Of a DNA stretch of 58,380 bases, positions 10,067-18,687 are shown one piece after another (position 1 is the first letter of the stretch; every line of letters starts with the position of its first letter). The DNA comes from Fibrobacterales bacterium (GTDB lineage Bacteria; Fibrobacterota; Fibrobacteria; Fibrobacterales; JAOPTW01), in the NCBI GenBank assembly GCA_051532035.1, contig JAOPTW010000041.1, positions 1 through 58,380 of the forward strand, read 5' to 3'. The notes beneath the pieces are model-generated. The model was not told the origin of the DNA, ran no database searches, and was given only the letters and a program-made list of their open reading frames with translations. The position numbers and the translations under genes are program-made.

Positions 10067-10167
10067 GGGCAGAGAGTATTCATCTCCTTCGTTGCAGCCA
10101 ATTCGACGTACCAGTGTACGTCTTCACCGTCTGCGCCTCGGATCTAAACACTCTCTGCCCCTAATTT
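10060..10167. repeat. 108-bp REP/MITE-like palindromic element, copy 2
   Basis: Perfect 18-bp terminal IR AAATTAGGGGCAGAGAGT/ACTCTCTGCCCCTAATTT; inner CGTTGC..GACGTAC-cagt-GTACGTC..GCGCCTCG. Confidence 0.75.
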
Positions 10168-10281
10168 ATATGGTGCTTGGAGTATGTTCAGACCGCTGGA
10201 TTTCCTTTGGAAATCTGCACTAGATTCTTCTGAGATCAGTTATGAAAAGATGGGATTAATGACACGCAGCGAAGAAACACC

Positions 10282-10325
10282 TAATTTCAATTTTAAATGG
10301 AGTACTTCGTTTAAAATTGAAATTA
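10282..10325 (-). terminator. AT-rich palindrome directly after the mscS stop (terminator-like)
   Basis: TAATTTCAATTTTAAA-tggagtacttcg-TTTAAAATTGAAATTA, perfect 16-bp arms. Confidence 0.5.
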
Positions 10326-10331
10326 ATGAAA

Positions 10332-11546
10332 TTAAGGGCGTTGGTATATGTTTAGATTAAATTCATTGGCAATGGCAAATATGTGATCAAAGATATCTGA
10401 CTGTACACCCTCGTACAACTTCCACTCTTTAACCTTTGAGAACGCATATATCTGAACCGGTATACCATATTCTGTAGACTGTAACTGACGTACCATATGC
10501 GTCAGTGACGTTTCAATTGCAGGATGTTCAGCAAGATAGGCATTGAGATATATTCTGAATATACCAATATTAGTCAGACGTCTTCCATTTACAAGTTCTG
10601 TGGTATCTGCAGGTATCGCTCGATTATGTGCATCTATCTCTTCAATCGTTTTAGGGAGTTGATCTGCTATGCACGCATACTTGCGAAACTTTTGAAGCAT
10701 CGCGTCAGTACAAAAAGTTACCGAGTTTACATCAATATTAATTGAGCGTTTTATACGCCTGCCTGACGACTCTTCCATACCACGCCAGTTTATAAATGAC
10801 TCTGAAACCATTGCGTACGCAGGAACGGTAGTAATAGTTTTGTCCCAATTTTGAATCTTAATAGTAGTGAGTGAAATGTCAATCACTTCACCGTCAGCAC
10901 CATGTGAAGGCATCTCTACCCAATCACCGAGCTGAATCATACGATTTGACGCAAGCTGAATACCGGCAACTAACCCGAGAATAGCATCTTTAAAGACCAA
11001 CATCAATATCGCTGCAATAGCACCCATACCCCCAATAAAAAACATTGGAGATTTATCAAGGAGCACCGCGAGGATAATGACCCCGCCAAAGAACCAGCTA
11101 ACAAGCTTGAGCATCTGTATAACACTTCGAATGGGCACTTTACGAGTTTCAGTACTGGCGTTTCGGTATAGCACCAGTACAGCATTGAGAAGAGCATCGA
11201 TAACCCCTACCCCAATTGCCACCATATAGACCACGGCAACCTTCTCTATCCAGCGTGCTATTTCAAAAAAGTCTTGAAAGGCAAAAGATGCACTCCCATA
11301 AATAATCGCCGCCGGTATAACCTGTGAGAGGCGCTTAAAGACCTGCTGTTCAATAAGGATATCATCCCACGTAATTTTGCTTTTTTTGGCAATGTTTTCC
11401 ATTACCTTTAATAGAATTCGTTTTGTAAGAGTATTGGCCAACCAAGCAACCAGAAGTGCAATAGCAAAGTAAATTACATTGAGGACGAGTCTCTCATATG
11501 AGATACCTGCAATGGTTCTATTGATCTGCTCGAATAGTTGTTCCAT
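10332..11546 (-). CDS. MscS-family mechanosensitive channel (YbdG-like)
   Basis: LVFKDAILGLVAGIQL, GDWVEMP..ADGEVIDISLTTIKIQNWDKT, NWRGM..SGRRIKRS, QSDIFDH. Confidence 0.95.
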   Translation of the reverse strand: MEQLFEQINRTIAGISYERLVLNVIYFAIALLVAWLANTLTKRILLKVMENIAKKSKITWDDILIEQQVFKRLSQVIPAAIIYGSASFAFQDFFEIARWIEKVAVVYMVAIGVGVIDALLNAVLVLYRNASTETRKVPIRSVIQMLKLVSWFFGGVIILAVLLDKSPMFFIGGMGAIAAILMLVFKDAILGLVAGIQLASNRMIQLGDWVEMPSHGADGEVIDISLTTIKIQNWDKTITTVPAYAMVSESFINWRGMEESSGRRIKRSINIDVNSVTFCTDAMLQKFRKYACIADQLPKTIEEIDAHNRAIPADTTELVNGRRLTNIGIFRIYLNAYLAEHPAIETSLTHMVRQLQSTEYGIPVQIYAFSKVKEWKLYEGVQSDIFDHIFAIANEFNLNIYQRP

Positions 11547-11555
11547 TTTACATTC

Positions 11556-12698
11556 CTATTTTACGTCTATCAACTCAACTTGAAAGATCAGTGTTGCATT
11601 GGGTGGAATAAGTGCTCCAGCACCACGCTCACCATAGGCAAGGTGCCCTGGAATTTTAAGCATACGTTTCTCACCGATGCTCATACCTGCTACGCCTAAG
11701 TCCCATCCACGAATGACTCGTCCACTTCCAAGCGGAAATGAGAACGGTTGACCACGATCGACTGATGAATCAAATTTTGTTCCATTAGGAAGCCAACCAG
11801 TATAGTGTACGACAACCGTTTTCCCTAGAGTTGCCTTAGTTCCAGTTCCTTTTTCGAGTATTGCATATTCAAAACCCTCTGACGCCTTACTCCAGACTAC
11901 ATCAGCAAAAGGGAGTTTCACACTTTCTACAGATATCACTTCTAACTTAAATATGAGCTCAGAATTCGAAGGGATCATTGCTTGAGCCGTTGCTCCATAC
12001 GCCATCTGTGGTTCTGAGTGTAGAATATACGTTCCACCCTCACGAAGCCCAACAAGACCAAGATCCCACGCTTTAATAGCTTTTCCGGTACCCACTTCAA
12101 ACACGAGAGGTTTCATAGCATCTTTTGAAGAGTCAAACCGAGTGCCCCCTTTGAGCCAGCCAGTATAATGGATACTTACCTTAGCCCCTGCAGATATCGC
12201 AGATCCAGAACCTTCAGTAAGGGTTGCAACTTTAACGCCGGGAACTTTCTTCTTCCAATTCAGGCTCGCAATATCTGGAAATGCATCTTTGGCAAGCGGT
12301 TTTTTAAATGACACGAGCTCTATGGTGTAATTAAGAGTTGAACTTGGGGGAATAACGCCAAGATTCCGTGTTCCATAGCCTAATACTGGTGCAATAGTGA
12401 GTTGACGTTTCTCACCCTGTTTCATACCAAGAATACCAAGATCCCAACCTTTAATAACGGTGCCGGCTCCCAACACAAATTCAAATGGCGTAGTCATAGT
12501 TGAGTCAAACGCAACACCCGTTGCCTGTAATTTCCCCACGTAGAGTACTTTAATCAGACTCCCAGATGCCACAACATCCCCTTTGCCCACTTTGAGGGTT
12601 TTTACCGTAAGCCCTTCGGGGAAGGTCTGAGTGAGTGATTTTGGAAATGCAATTCCACAAAGAGCAATAATAGCTACTAATATAAATGTTTTTTTCAT
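11556..12698 (-). CDS. Exported FKBP-type peptidyl-prolyl isomerase with three tandem FKBP domains
   Basis: Signal peptide; three repeats of Y.G.L..G..FDS...PF.F..G.G..I.(G/A)WDLG and YG....IP....L. Confidence 0.93.
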   Translation of the reverse strand: MKKTFILVAIIALCGIAFPKSLTQTFPEGLTVKTLKVGKGDVVASGSLIKVLYVGKLQATGVAFDSTMTTPFEFVLGAGTVIKGWDLGILGMKQGEKRQLTIAPVLGYGTRNLGVIPPSSTLNYTIELVSFKKPLAKDAFPDIASLNWKKKVPGVKVATLTEGSGSAISAGAKVSIHYTGWLKGGTRFDSSKDAMKPLVFEVGTGKAIKAWDLGLVGLREGGTYILHSEPQMAYGATAQAMIPSNSELIFKLEVISVESVKLPFADVVWSKASEGFEYAILEKGTGTKATLGKTVVVHYTGWLPNGTKFDSSVDRGQPFSFPLGSGRVIRGWDLGVAGMSIGEKRMLKIPGHLAYGERGAGALIPPNATLIFQVELIDVK

Positions 12699-12941
12699 AG
12701 TGTATCCTGTATCAAGAATAGTACAATGAGTACTGCCTATTCCGGTTACTTTTCAATATCTCGCATAAATGTACCAATTACCTCTTACTTGGAGCGCCTT
12801 TTTTCCTATTCATAAGCGGAATGGTACTTATATTTCACTTAAGGGTATTCCTCCTTAATTGCCTATAAAATTAAGAAGAGTAGGGGAATTTCCCACTAAA
12901 AATGTTAGATTTTAATCTGTACTTCACATGAATGAGACATA

Positions 12942-13499
12942 ATGGAAATCGGATTTATCATACTTATTATCATCCTCTCTATCATCCTTGTCGGAATAGG
13001 GTCATATATTGTTATGCAAAAAGATGGTGATGATGATTCAAGTGTCGCATCACTCCATACCTCTGGTGTGTTTTCACTTATTCGTAAATCCCCACGTGAA
13101 GATCTCGAACGAGTCAAACCATCACCAAAAGAGATCATTGAATTTTTAGAAAGTAGGGAACTCCCCCCCGAGGAGGTTGAGACCATTGCTCAAATGTGGC
13201 AAAACAGTCTTAATCACTCTATTCAAATGATTGAAGAGGGAGACCAGAATGGCATTCAAACATATAAATTTGAACTGAGCGATAAAGACCTCTCTATATG
13301 TACCTTCCTCAATCGCAGTTCATATCTCACTCGTGAACAAGTTTTTAACAGCCCTGAACTCCTTCCTCCTTATTATCCTGGATGTACCTGTCGTCTTATT
13401 AGTAAAGAAGCTTGGGAAGATCAGGACAAATCAGATTGGCAGCCACTACTCCCTCAGGAAGGAAGCTATGGCGTCCCTGAGTGGAATCAACTCGCGTAA
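12942..13499 (+). CDS. Membrane-anchored hypothetical protein with a MuF-like C-terminal motif
   Basis: Single N-terminal TM helix; GIQTYKF..ICTFL..LPPYYPGCTCRL. Confidence 0.75.
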   Translation: MEIGFIILIIILSIILVGIGSYIVMQKDGDDDSSVASLHTSGVFSLIRKSPREDLERVKPSPKEIIEFLESRELPPEEVETIAQMWQNSLNHSIQMIEEGDQNGIQTYKFELSDKDLSICTFLNRSSYLTREQVFNSPELLPPYYPGCTCRLISKEAWEDQDKSDWQPLLPQEGSYGVPEWNQLA

Positions 13500-13506
13500 T
13501 AAATTG

Positions 13507-15711
13507 ATGATACTCTTAAAAAAAATTATCGTTTCACTTCTTTTTTTAACATCGCTCATACATGCGGCAGGGCAAGGCTCTGCTATTATAACCTTGAGCC
13601 TCCCTGTTGGGGCACGACAACTCGGTATGGGAGAATCGGGCATTGCCCTTCCTGATGATGCATTTGCTACCTATTGGAATCCCGCTGGACTTGCCTTCGC
13701 CCCTCTTGCAGACGAATGGAAAGTATCTCTTGATCAACCACTTGCCATCAACGCAACCTCTCACATTACTAGCAATATCAATACAGGCTTTTTTCAACAC
13801 TCTGAACTATGGCTGGGAGGGCCAGAAGGTCTCAAACATTATAATGGCATGCAGTGGGTCGATTATCATGTGCAAGAACTCCACCAGGGCAACACACTCC
13901 GTAAGGTTGTTCGCGACTTTATTGGCACCAATAACGACCTCAGTCAAATACTTCTTAAAGTACGAGAAATCAACAACATATACTCATCCGAAGAAGAACG
14001 ACTCCTTACTCAAGTGAAGCTCCCATGGAGCTTAGTAATTAAAGATTCCATCACCGCAATACATTTTGACGCAAGAAAAAGCACGGTATGGGTGGGCACA
14101 ACTCAGGGCCTCTTCAAATTTGATGGCAGTAAATGGCAAAATTACGAAACATCCCTGGGAAAATTGAAAATTACCGCACTCTCTGTTCATGAATACTCTA
14201 CTTGGGTGGGTACCCATGATGGTCTGTATAAGCTGCGATACGGAAAATTTAAGCGCATGGGCAAGGTACTTCCTTCTCAAGATATTACTGCACTGGCCTA
14301 CTCACCTGAACGCAAGGAGCTCTACGCATCAGTAAAAGGAGCAGGAGTCGCTCGTCTTACTGAGCAAAAAATATCGCGCGGTAGAGCTGCACCAAAAATC
14401 AAGCACAAATGGAATCTCTATAATCTCGAAGACGGCCTTATTGACCTTGATCCTCGACAGATTGCCATTGATAGCCTTGGTGAAGTATGGGTTGCCCATA
14501 GTAGTGGAGTGTCGCGTTTTACCCTTAAAAAGTGGGAGCAAATCCTCTTTGAAGATAACAAAGTCCACACCGTTACTATTGGCCCCCTCAACAGTATCTG
14601 GATCGGCACAGACAAAGGGGTATGGCAACACTTTCCTGAACGTTTTTTAGTTAAAAAGAAGTCACTCCTTAAATCTGATTCCAAAGGCGACTGGAAACAC
14701 TACCACGCCTATAACGGCCTCCACAGCAATCAAGTCTACGACATTGTCTCTGAAGGCAAAGAGCTCTGGCTCATAACGGGTGCAGGTGTTGAGCAGTTCC
14801 AAACATCCGAGATTCAAGTCGGCTTTTACTACGAACAACTCTTACAGGCCCTTGGCATAGCCGACCTTTGGCATGTTTACTCTACAAGTACTATTCCACT
14901 CGGCGATTGGGGTACCCTTGGTGTTTCTCTCCATCACGCCTCACTCGGAGTGACCGAGACCACTGACGGATTTAATTCTGTAAGAAGCACCTACAAGAGT
15001 ACCGAGTCTGTTCTTGGCCTCTCCTATGGCACCAAACTTTCTGCTCTCACCTCTCTTGGACTCAACTTTAAAGTATTCTACTCAGACCTCTCTTCTGGCG
15101 CAAATGAAGTAGGAAATGCCGCAACCAGTGCTGGGTATGCAGTTGACCTCAGTTACCTTGCAAAAGACCTCGTAATACCGACCCTGAATTTGGGTCTTGG
15201 GCTATTTAATATGGGCCCTGCCGTATACTACAACAAACCCAATAATACCGATCCACTACCACTCACGTGGAAAATCGGCCTTTCATACGAAATAATCAAC
15301 ATTGCTGAACACAGAGTTCAAGCAACAATGGATTATGACCGCACTACTCTCTCCTATAATGACACTGGTGAGCCAGATCCCTTCTATATTTCTTCTTGGA
15401 AAGCCTGGTTTTACCCCGATCAATTTGATAACGGTACCAACACTCAGGTAGAAGCCTCAAACTGGGACACCTTTAAGCAATCAGTTAAAGAGGGCATATT
15501 TAAAACTGGTGTTGAATACACCTATCAAAATATGTTTGCGGTCCGTGGTGGTTATATGGTTGACCCTTCTGGTGATCGTGAAGAGCTCGACATTGGTATT
15601 GGTGTTATGATATCAGACTTCTTTCAAGTTGATTATGGCCGTATACAAGACCTCTCTGGTAACAATGTACGTAACAATCAAGGCAGATTCTCACTCCTTC
15701 TCAGGTTTTAA
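13507..15711 (+). CDS. PorV/PorQ-like outer-membrane beta-barrel with inserted beta-propeller repeats
   Basis: Signal peptide; GARQLGMGE..DDAFATYWNPAGLAF PorV-type start; W(V/I)GT..GL/GV propeller blades; C-terminal barrel ending GRFSLLLRF; ATG 13507. Confidence 0.8.
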   Translation: MILLKKIIVSLLFLTSLIHAAGQGSAIITLSLPVGARQLGMGESGIALPDDAFATYWNPAGLAFAPLADEWKVSLDQPLAINATSHITSNINTGFFQHSELWLGGPEGLKHYNGMQWVDYHVQELHQGNTLRKVVRDFIGTNNDLSQILLKVREINNIYSSEEERLLTQVKLPWSLVIKDSITAIHFDARKSTVWVGTTQGLFKFDGSKWQNYETSLGKLKITALSVHEYSTWVGTHDGLYKLRYGKFKRMGKVLPSQDITALAYSPERKELYASVKGAGVARLTEQKISRGRAAPKIKHKWNLYNLEDGLIDLDPRQIAIDSLGEVWVAHSSGVSRFTLKKWEQILFEDNKVHTVTIGPLNSIWIGTDKGVWQHFPERFLVKKKSLLKSDSKGDWKHYHAYNGLHSNQVYDIVSEGKELWLITGAGVEQFQTSEIQVGFYYEQLLQALGIADLWHVYSTSTIPLGDWGTLGVSLHHASLGVTETTDGFNSVRSTYKSTESVLGLSYGTKLSALTSLGLNFKVFYSDLSSGANEVGNAATSAGYAVDLSYLAKDLVIPTLNLGLGLFNMGPAVYYNKPNNTDPLPLTWKIGLSYEIINIAEHRVQATMDYDRTTLSYNDTGEPDPFYISSWKAWFYPDQFDNGTNTQVEASNWDTFKQSVKEGIFKTGVEYTYQNMFAVRGGYMVDPSGDREELDIGIGVMISDFFQVDYGRIQDLSGNNVRNNQGRFSLLLRF

Positions 15712-15737
15712 CCTTACTATAAAGTCCAAGAAAAAGG

Positions 15738-15780
15738 TATAGAACAAAAAAAGTGGCTGAGCCACTTCTCATGTTCTATA
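15738..15780 (-). terminator. Terminator between the convergent PorV-like gene and the small ORF
   Basis: TATAGAACA..AAGTGGCT-g-AGCCACTT..TGTTCTATA; U-tract on the minus strand. Confidence 0.7.
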
Positions 15781-15793
15781 TAATGAATGCTTG

Positions 15794-15940
15794 TTAGTTA
15801 AACGAATCGTGATTTACTGTTTCAGTTTGGTTCCCTATGTCACTTTCGGGTTCTATTTGAGTATTGTACCAAACTAACTCCTGCTCGCTGTTAATTTCTA
15901 AGCTGCAGTATCTTCCAGTAATATTCCATGCTTCCATCAT
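15794..15940 (-). CDS. Small 48-aa acidic protein (missing from the ORF track)
   Basis: AAAGGAGG SD at 15943-15950; MMEAWNITGRYCSLEINSEQELVWYNTQIEPESDIGNQTETVNHDSFN*; terminator 13 nt after the stop. Confidence 0.65.
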   Translation of the reverse strand: MMEAWNITGRYCSLEINSEQELVWYNTQIEPESDIGNQTETVNHDSFN

Positions 15941-16164
15941 AGCCTCCTTTGTTTTGCAACACAATAAGCAATGTCGGTTTTTTTATTACTGATATAATGA
16001 TAGAGATAAATACTAAAAATCGCACCAGAAGTTTACATAATTTACATTGAAACCTTTATTATATAGTCAAACCTCTTGAAAACCATGTTATCACCAGAAA
16101 CAAAACTCAGTCGCGACACCAAAAACGATACATTTATTATTGTTAAACTTAAATTACTAAAAAT

Positions 16165-17391
16165 TTAGCTGCAGCAACTACCACTTTTAACCTTTTTAGG
16201 AAAAAGTTTTCGACCGAGGGAGCCAAGAAGGAGCACCACAAACCCAATTGAGATCGCCACAAAGAGAACACTTGGTCCATGATCACCATGATGACCCATC
16301 ATAGGGTCAATCACCAAATCAAATATTTCGATAATACCATCGAGCAATAACCCAAAAGCAATCGAGAGTACCGCTATCACTCCAAAATAGAGTGCAAAAA
16401 ATTTCTTACCAAACTGCTTGATAATAAGTGCTATAGTCGCACTATTAGTAACAGGTCCCGCAGCAAGAAATACAAAGATCACCCCTGGAGAGAGACCTTT
16501 GAGGAGAAGTGCAGCCCCAATAGGAAGTGACGCCGTAGCACAGATATAGATTGGCATACCAACAACAATCATTAAAATCATCTGTACAATAGTAGGAAGT
16601 GCTAAATCGCCAAAAAAGTTATCAGGTAGAGCCCATGATATTACTCCAGAAATTATTACCCCTACTATCAGTGGTAAAGCAATGTCATCAAGGAGCGTCT
16701 TAAATGCATACGTCCATATCTCTTTTATTGATTCCACTACTCTTAAAACCCATGGAATAGGCTGCCCCTCTTTAACCTCACCGGCATCACTACAGCATGA
16801 AGCCGCCGTAACCGGTTCACTACTACAACAGCTTTTTTGTTCAGTCTGAGGCAAAGCCTCCTTAGGGGCACCACACGAATCATCTGCCACATCACCTTCT
16901 GAACAACAGCTCTCAATCGAACTCTTCTTTTGAGAGGCGTCACCATTACTGCAGCAATTTTCTAACTCGGCTTCGCGTACTGTCTCATCAGTTTTTATAA
17001 CAAGCGCAACGATTCCCCCGATAATCCCTATACAAAAGGCCGCAATTGGTCGAAACACTGCAAATACTGGCCCAAGTACTCCATAGGTTGCAACGATACT
17101 ATCGACGCCCGTAAGAGGCGTTGATAAAAGAAAAGAGAGTACTGACGCATTAGAAGCGCCACTTTTCTTGAGCGATATAGCAGTAGGAATCACACTACAT
17201 GAGCAGAGAGGAAGAGGTACCCCAAAGAGCGACGCTTTAATCACCGCACCTAGAGAAGATGCCCCCAGGTGTTTTAATATCACTTCTTTTTTCACAAAGA
17301 CATGGAGGACTCCGGCAAACAGAAACCCAAACACCAAGTAAGGCGCCATCTCAATAAAAACCAAAACAATCTCTTTTAATAACTCCATCAT
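16165..17391 (-). CDS. SO_0444-family (DUF318/ArsP-like) heavy-metal permease with Cys-rich loop
   Basis: GVPLPLCSCSVIP, FLLSTPLTGVDS, PIYICATASLP, FLAAGPVTN; several CC pairs in the central loop. Confidence 0.9.
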   Translation of the reverse strand: MMELLKEIVLVFIEMAPYLVFGFLFAGVLHVFVKKEVILKHLGASSLGAVIKASLFGVPLPLCSCSVIPTAISLKKSGASNASVLSFLLSTPLTGVDSIVATYGVLGPVFAVFRPIAAFCIGIIGGIVALVIKTDETVREAELENCCSNGDASQKKSSIESCCSEGDVADDSCGAPKEALPQTEQKSCCSSEPVTAASCCSDAGEVKEGQPIPWVLRVVESIKEIWTYAFKTLLDDIALPLIVGVIISGVISWALPDNFFGDLALPTIVQMILMIVVGMPIYICATASLPIGAALLLKGLSPGVIFVFLAAGPVTNSATIALIIKQFGKKFFALYFGVIAVLSIAFGLLLDGIIEIFDLVIDPMMGHHGDHGPSVLFVAISIGFVVLLLGSLGRKLFPKKVKSGSCCS

Positions 17392-17789
17392 ATCCTCTCC
17401 TCATGTTCCATAGCATTTAATATCGTACAACCTGAAACGGGCCCCGTACCGCTACATCTCTCTGTTATAATCTCTAATGAGCTCTTCATTGCTTCAAGTG
17501 ATTGTATCTTTTCTTCTATCTCTATAATTTTCTCAAGAGCTCTCTGCTTCACATCTCCACAATCCGAACTGGGATCAACTTTTAAATTGAGCAGTCCTTT
17601 AATCTCTTTCAATGAAAAACCTAAATTCTGCGCATTTTTGACAAATTGAATGAGTGCCACTGCTTCGCGTGTGTACTCCCGATAGCCCGACTCCCGCTTA
17701 AGAGGCGTTTCTAAAATACCCTGTCGTTCATAGTAACGAATGGTCTCAACATTTACTCCTGCTAATTTTGCGGTCTCACTAATGAGCAT
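17388..17789 (-). CDS. MerR-family heavy-metal-responsive regulator (three-Cys divalent type)
   Basis: AKLAGVNVETIRYYE, SGYREY, LGFSLKEI; Cys in SSDCGDV and ERCSGTGPVSGCTIL; ATG 17789. Confidence 0.93.
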   Translation of the reverse strand: MLISETAKLAGVNVETIRYYERQGILETPLKRESGYREYTREAVALIQFVKNAQNLGFSLKEIKGLLNLKVDPSSDCGDVKQRALEKIIEIEEKIQSLEAMKSSLEIITERCSGTGPVSGCTILNAMEHEERI

Positions 17790-17823
17790 GAAGAGCCTCT
17801 TCACATTTTATGCATCTCTATAA

Positions 17824-17855
17824 AATATACACTCCGTACCATAGTACAGAGTCAA
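17824..17855 (-). promoter_or_regulatory. MerR-type long-spacer promoter with dyad operator
   Basis: TTGACT (17850-55) - 20 bp - TATATT (17824-29); dyad ACTCTGTAC-tatg-GTACGGAGT resembles the Tn21/Tn501 mer operator TCCGTAC-N4-GTACGGA. Confidence 0.88.
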
Positions 17856-17910
17856 GCCTTCATAAGAATATTTTTATAAAACAAATATGATTTATTGGAA
17901 AAAGGGGTTT

Positions 17911-18513
17911 CTACATCTCCGTAGTGGGTGGAGCCACCACTTCGACCGGCTTCTTTTTTACGGATTTACGTGCTTTAAGGCTCATATAATAGTCATCCCG
18001 ATAAGGATAATAAAATATATCACCACCGAAATAGTAGACACCCACGAGATGGTCGGCAATAAACACATAGTTCTGTTTATCCCATTTCCGCTGGGCCCAT
18101 TTATAGGCATCTGTTCCATAATCCTGTCCAAAATCACTCTTGATCAGCTCTAATCTCTTTGCATAAAGATTATAAGCGTGTTTATTATCAAAAATATTCA
18201 TGGTACAACGACCGTTAGTACAGTGCTTCTTGTTTACAACCTGTGCCAAACGGAGAATTGATTTTTCATCATGACTTTTGGGTTCAATAAGAAAACTATA
18301 GATGGCTGTTACAACGTCTGCAGTCTCCCCTAAAAAAGCATGATTCAATATAGCTGTAGTATCAACAACTTCAGTCTTCTCTAATTGAAAGTCTGAGTAT
18401 TCCATTGCCTCATTGTTGGATCGTTCAAGAATTTTGGTTACCGCAAACAACACCACTCCTATAAGAAGCAGTATGATAATCGCTATGTTGGTTATATTTC
18501 TTGATCTTGACAT
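17911..18513 (-). CDS. Hypothetical protein with N-terminal membrane anchor
   Basis: 200-aa ORF with one N-terminal TM segment and an upstream TATATTT element; family not recognised. Confidence 0.7.
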   Translation of the reverse strand: MSRSRNITNIAIIILLLIGVVLFAVTKILERSNNEAMEYSDFQLEKTEVVDTTAILNHAFLGETADVVTAIYSFLIEPKSHDEKSILRLAQVVNKKHCTNGRCTMNIFDNKHAYNLYAKRLELIKSDFGQDYGTDAYKWAQRKWDKQNYVFIADHLVGVYYFGGDIFYYPYRDDYYMSLKARKSVKKKPVEVVAPPTTEM

Positions 18514-18632
18514 AAGGGGGGTGTGATTAAGTCAACCTTAAAAATATACATGTAATTCTTGAGTTTTGAGGAGATTTTAATCCCACACCACTGAATGATT
18601 ACAATTCTGCGTGTGTTTTATCGATTAAGAAC

Positions 18633-18664
18633 AAAAAAAGCCTCACCAACGAAGGTAAGGCTTT
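18633..18664 (-). terminator. purB terminator
   Basis: Minus strand AAGCCTTACC-ttcgtt-GGTGAGGCTT-TTTTT. Confidence 0.8.
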
Positions 18665-18687
18665 CAAAAAAATACTTTTTCGATCGA

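Noticed and set aside
13333..13506. Extended N-terminus of the PorV-like ORF overlapping the upstream gene
   Set aside because: The signal peptide begins at ATG 13507; the extension overlaps a plausible gene by ~165 bp
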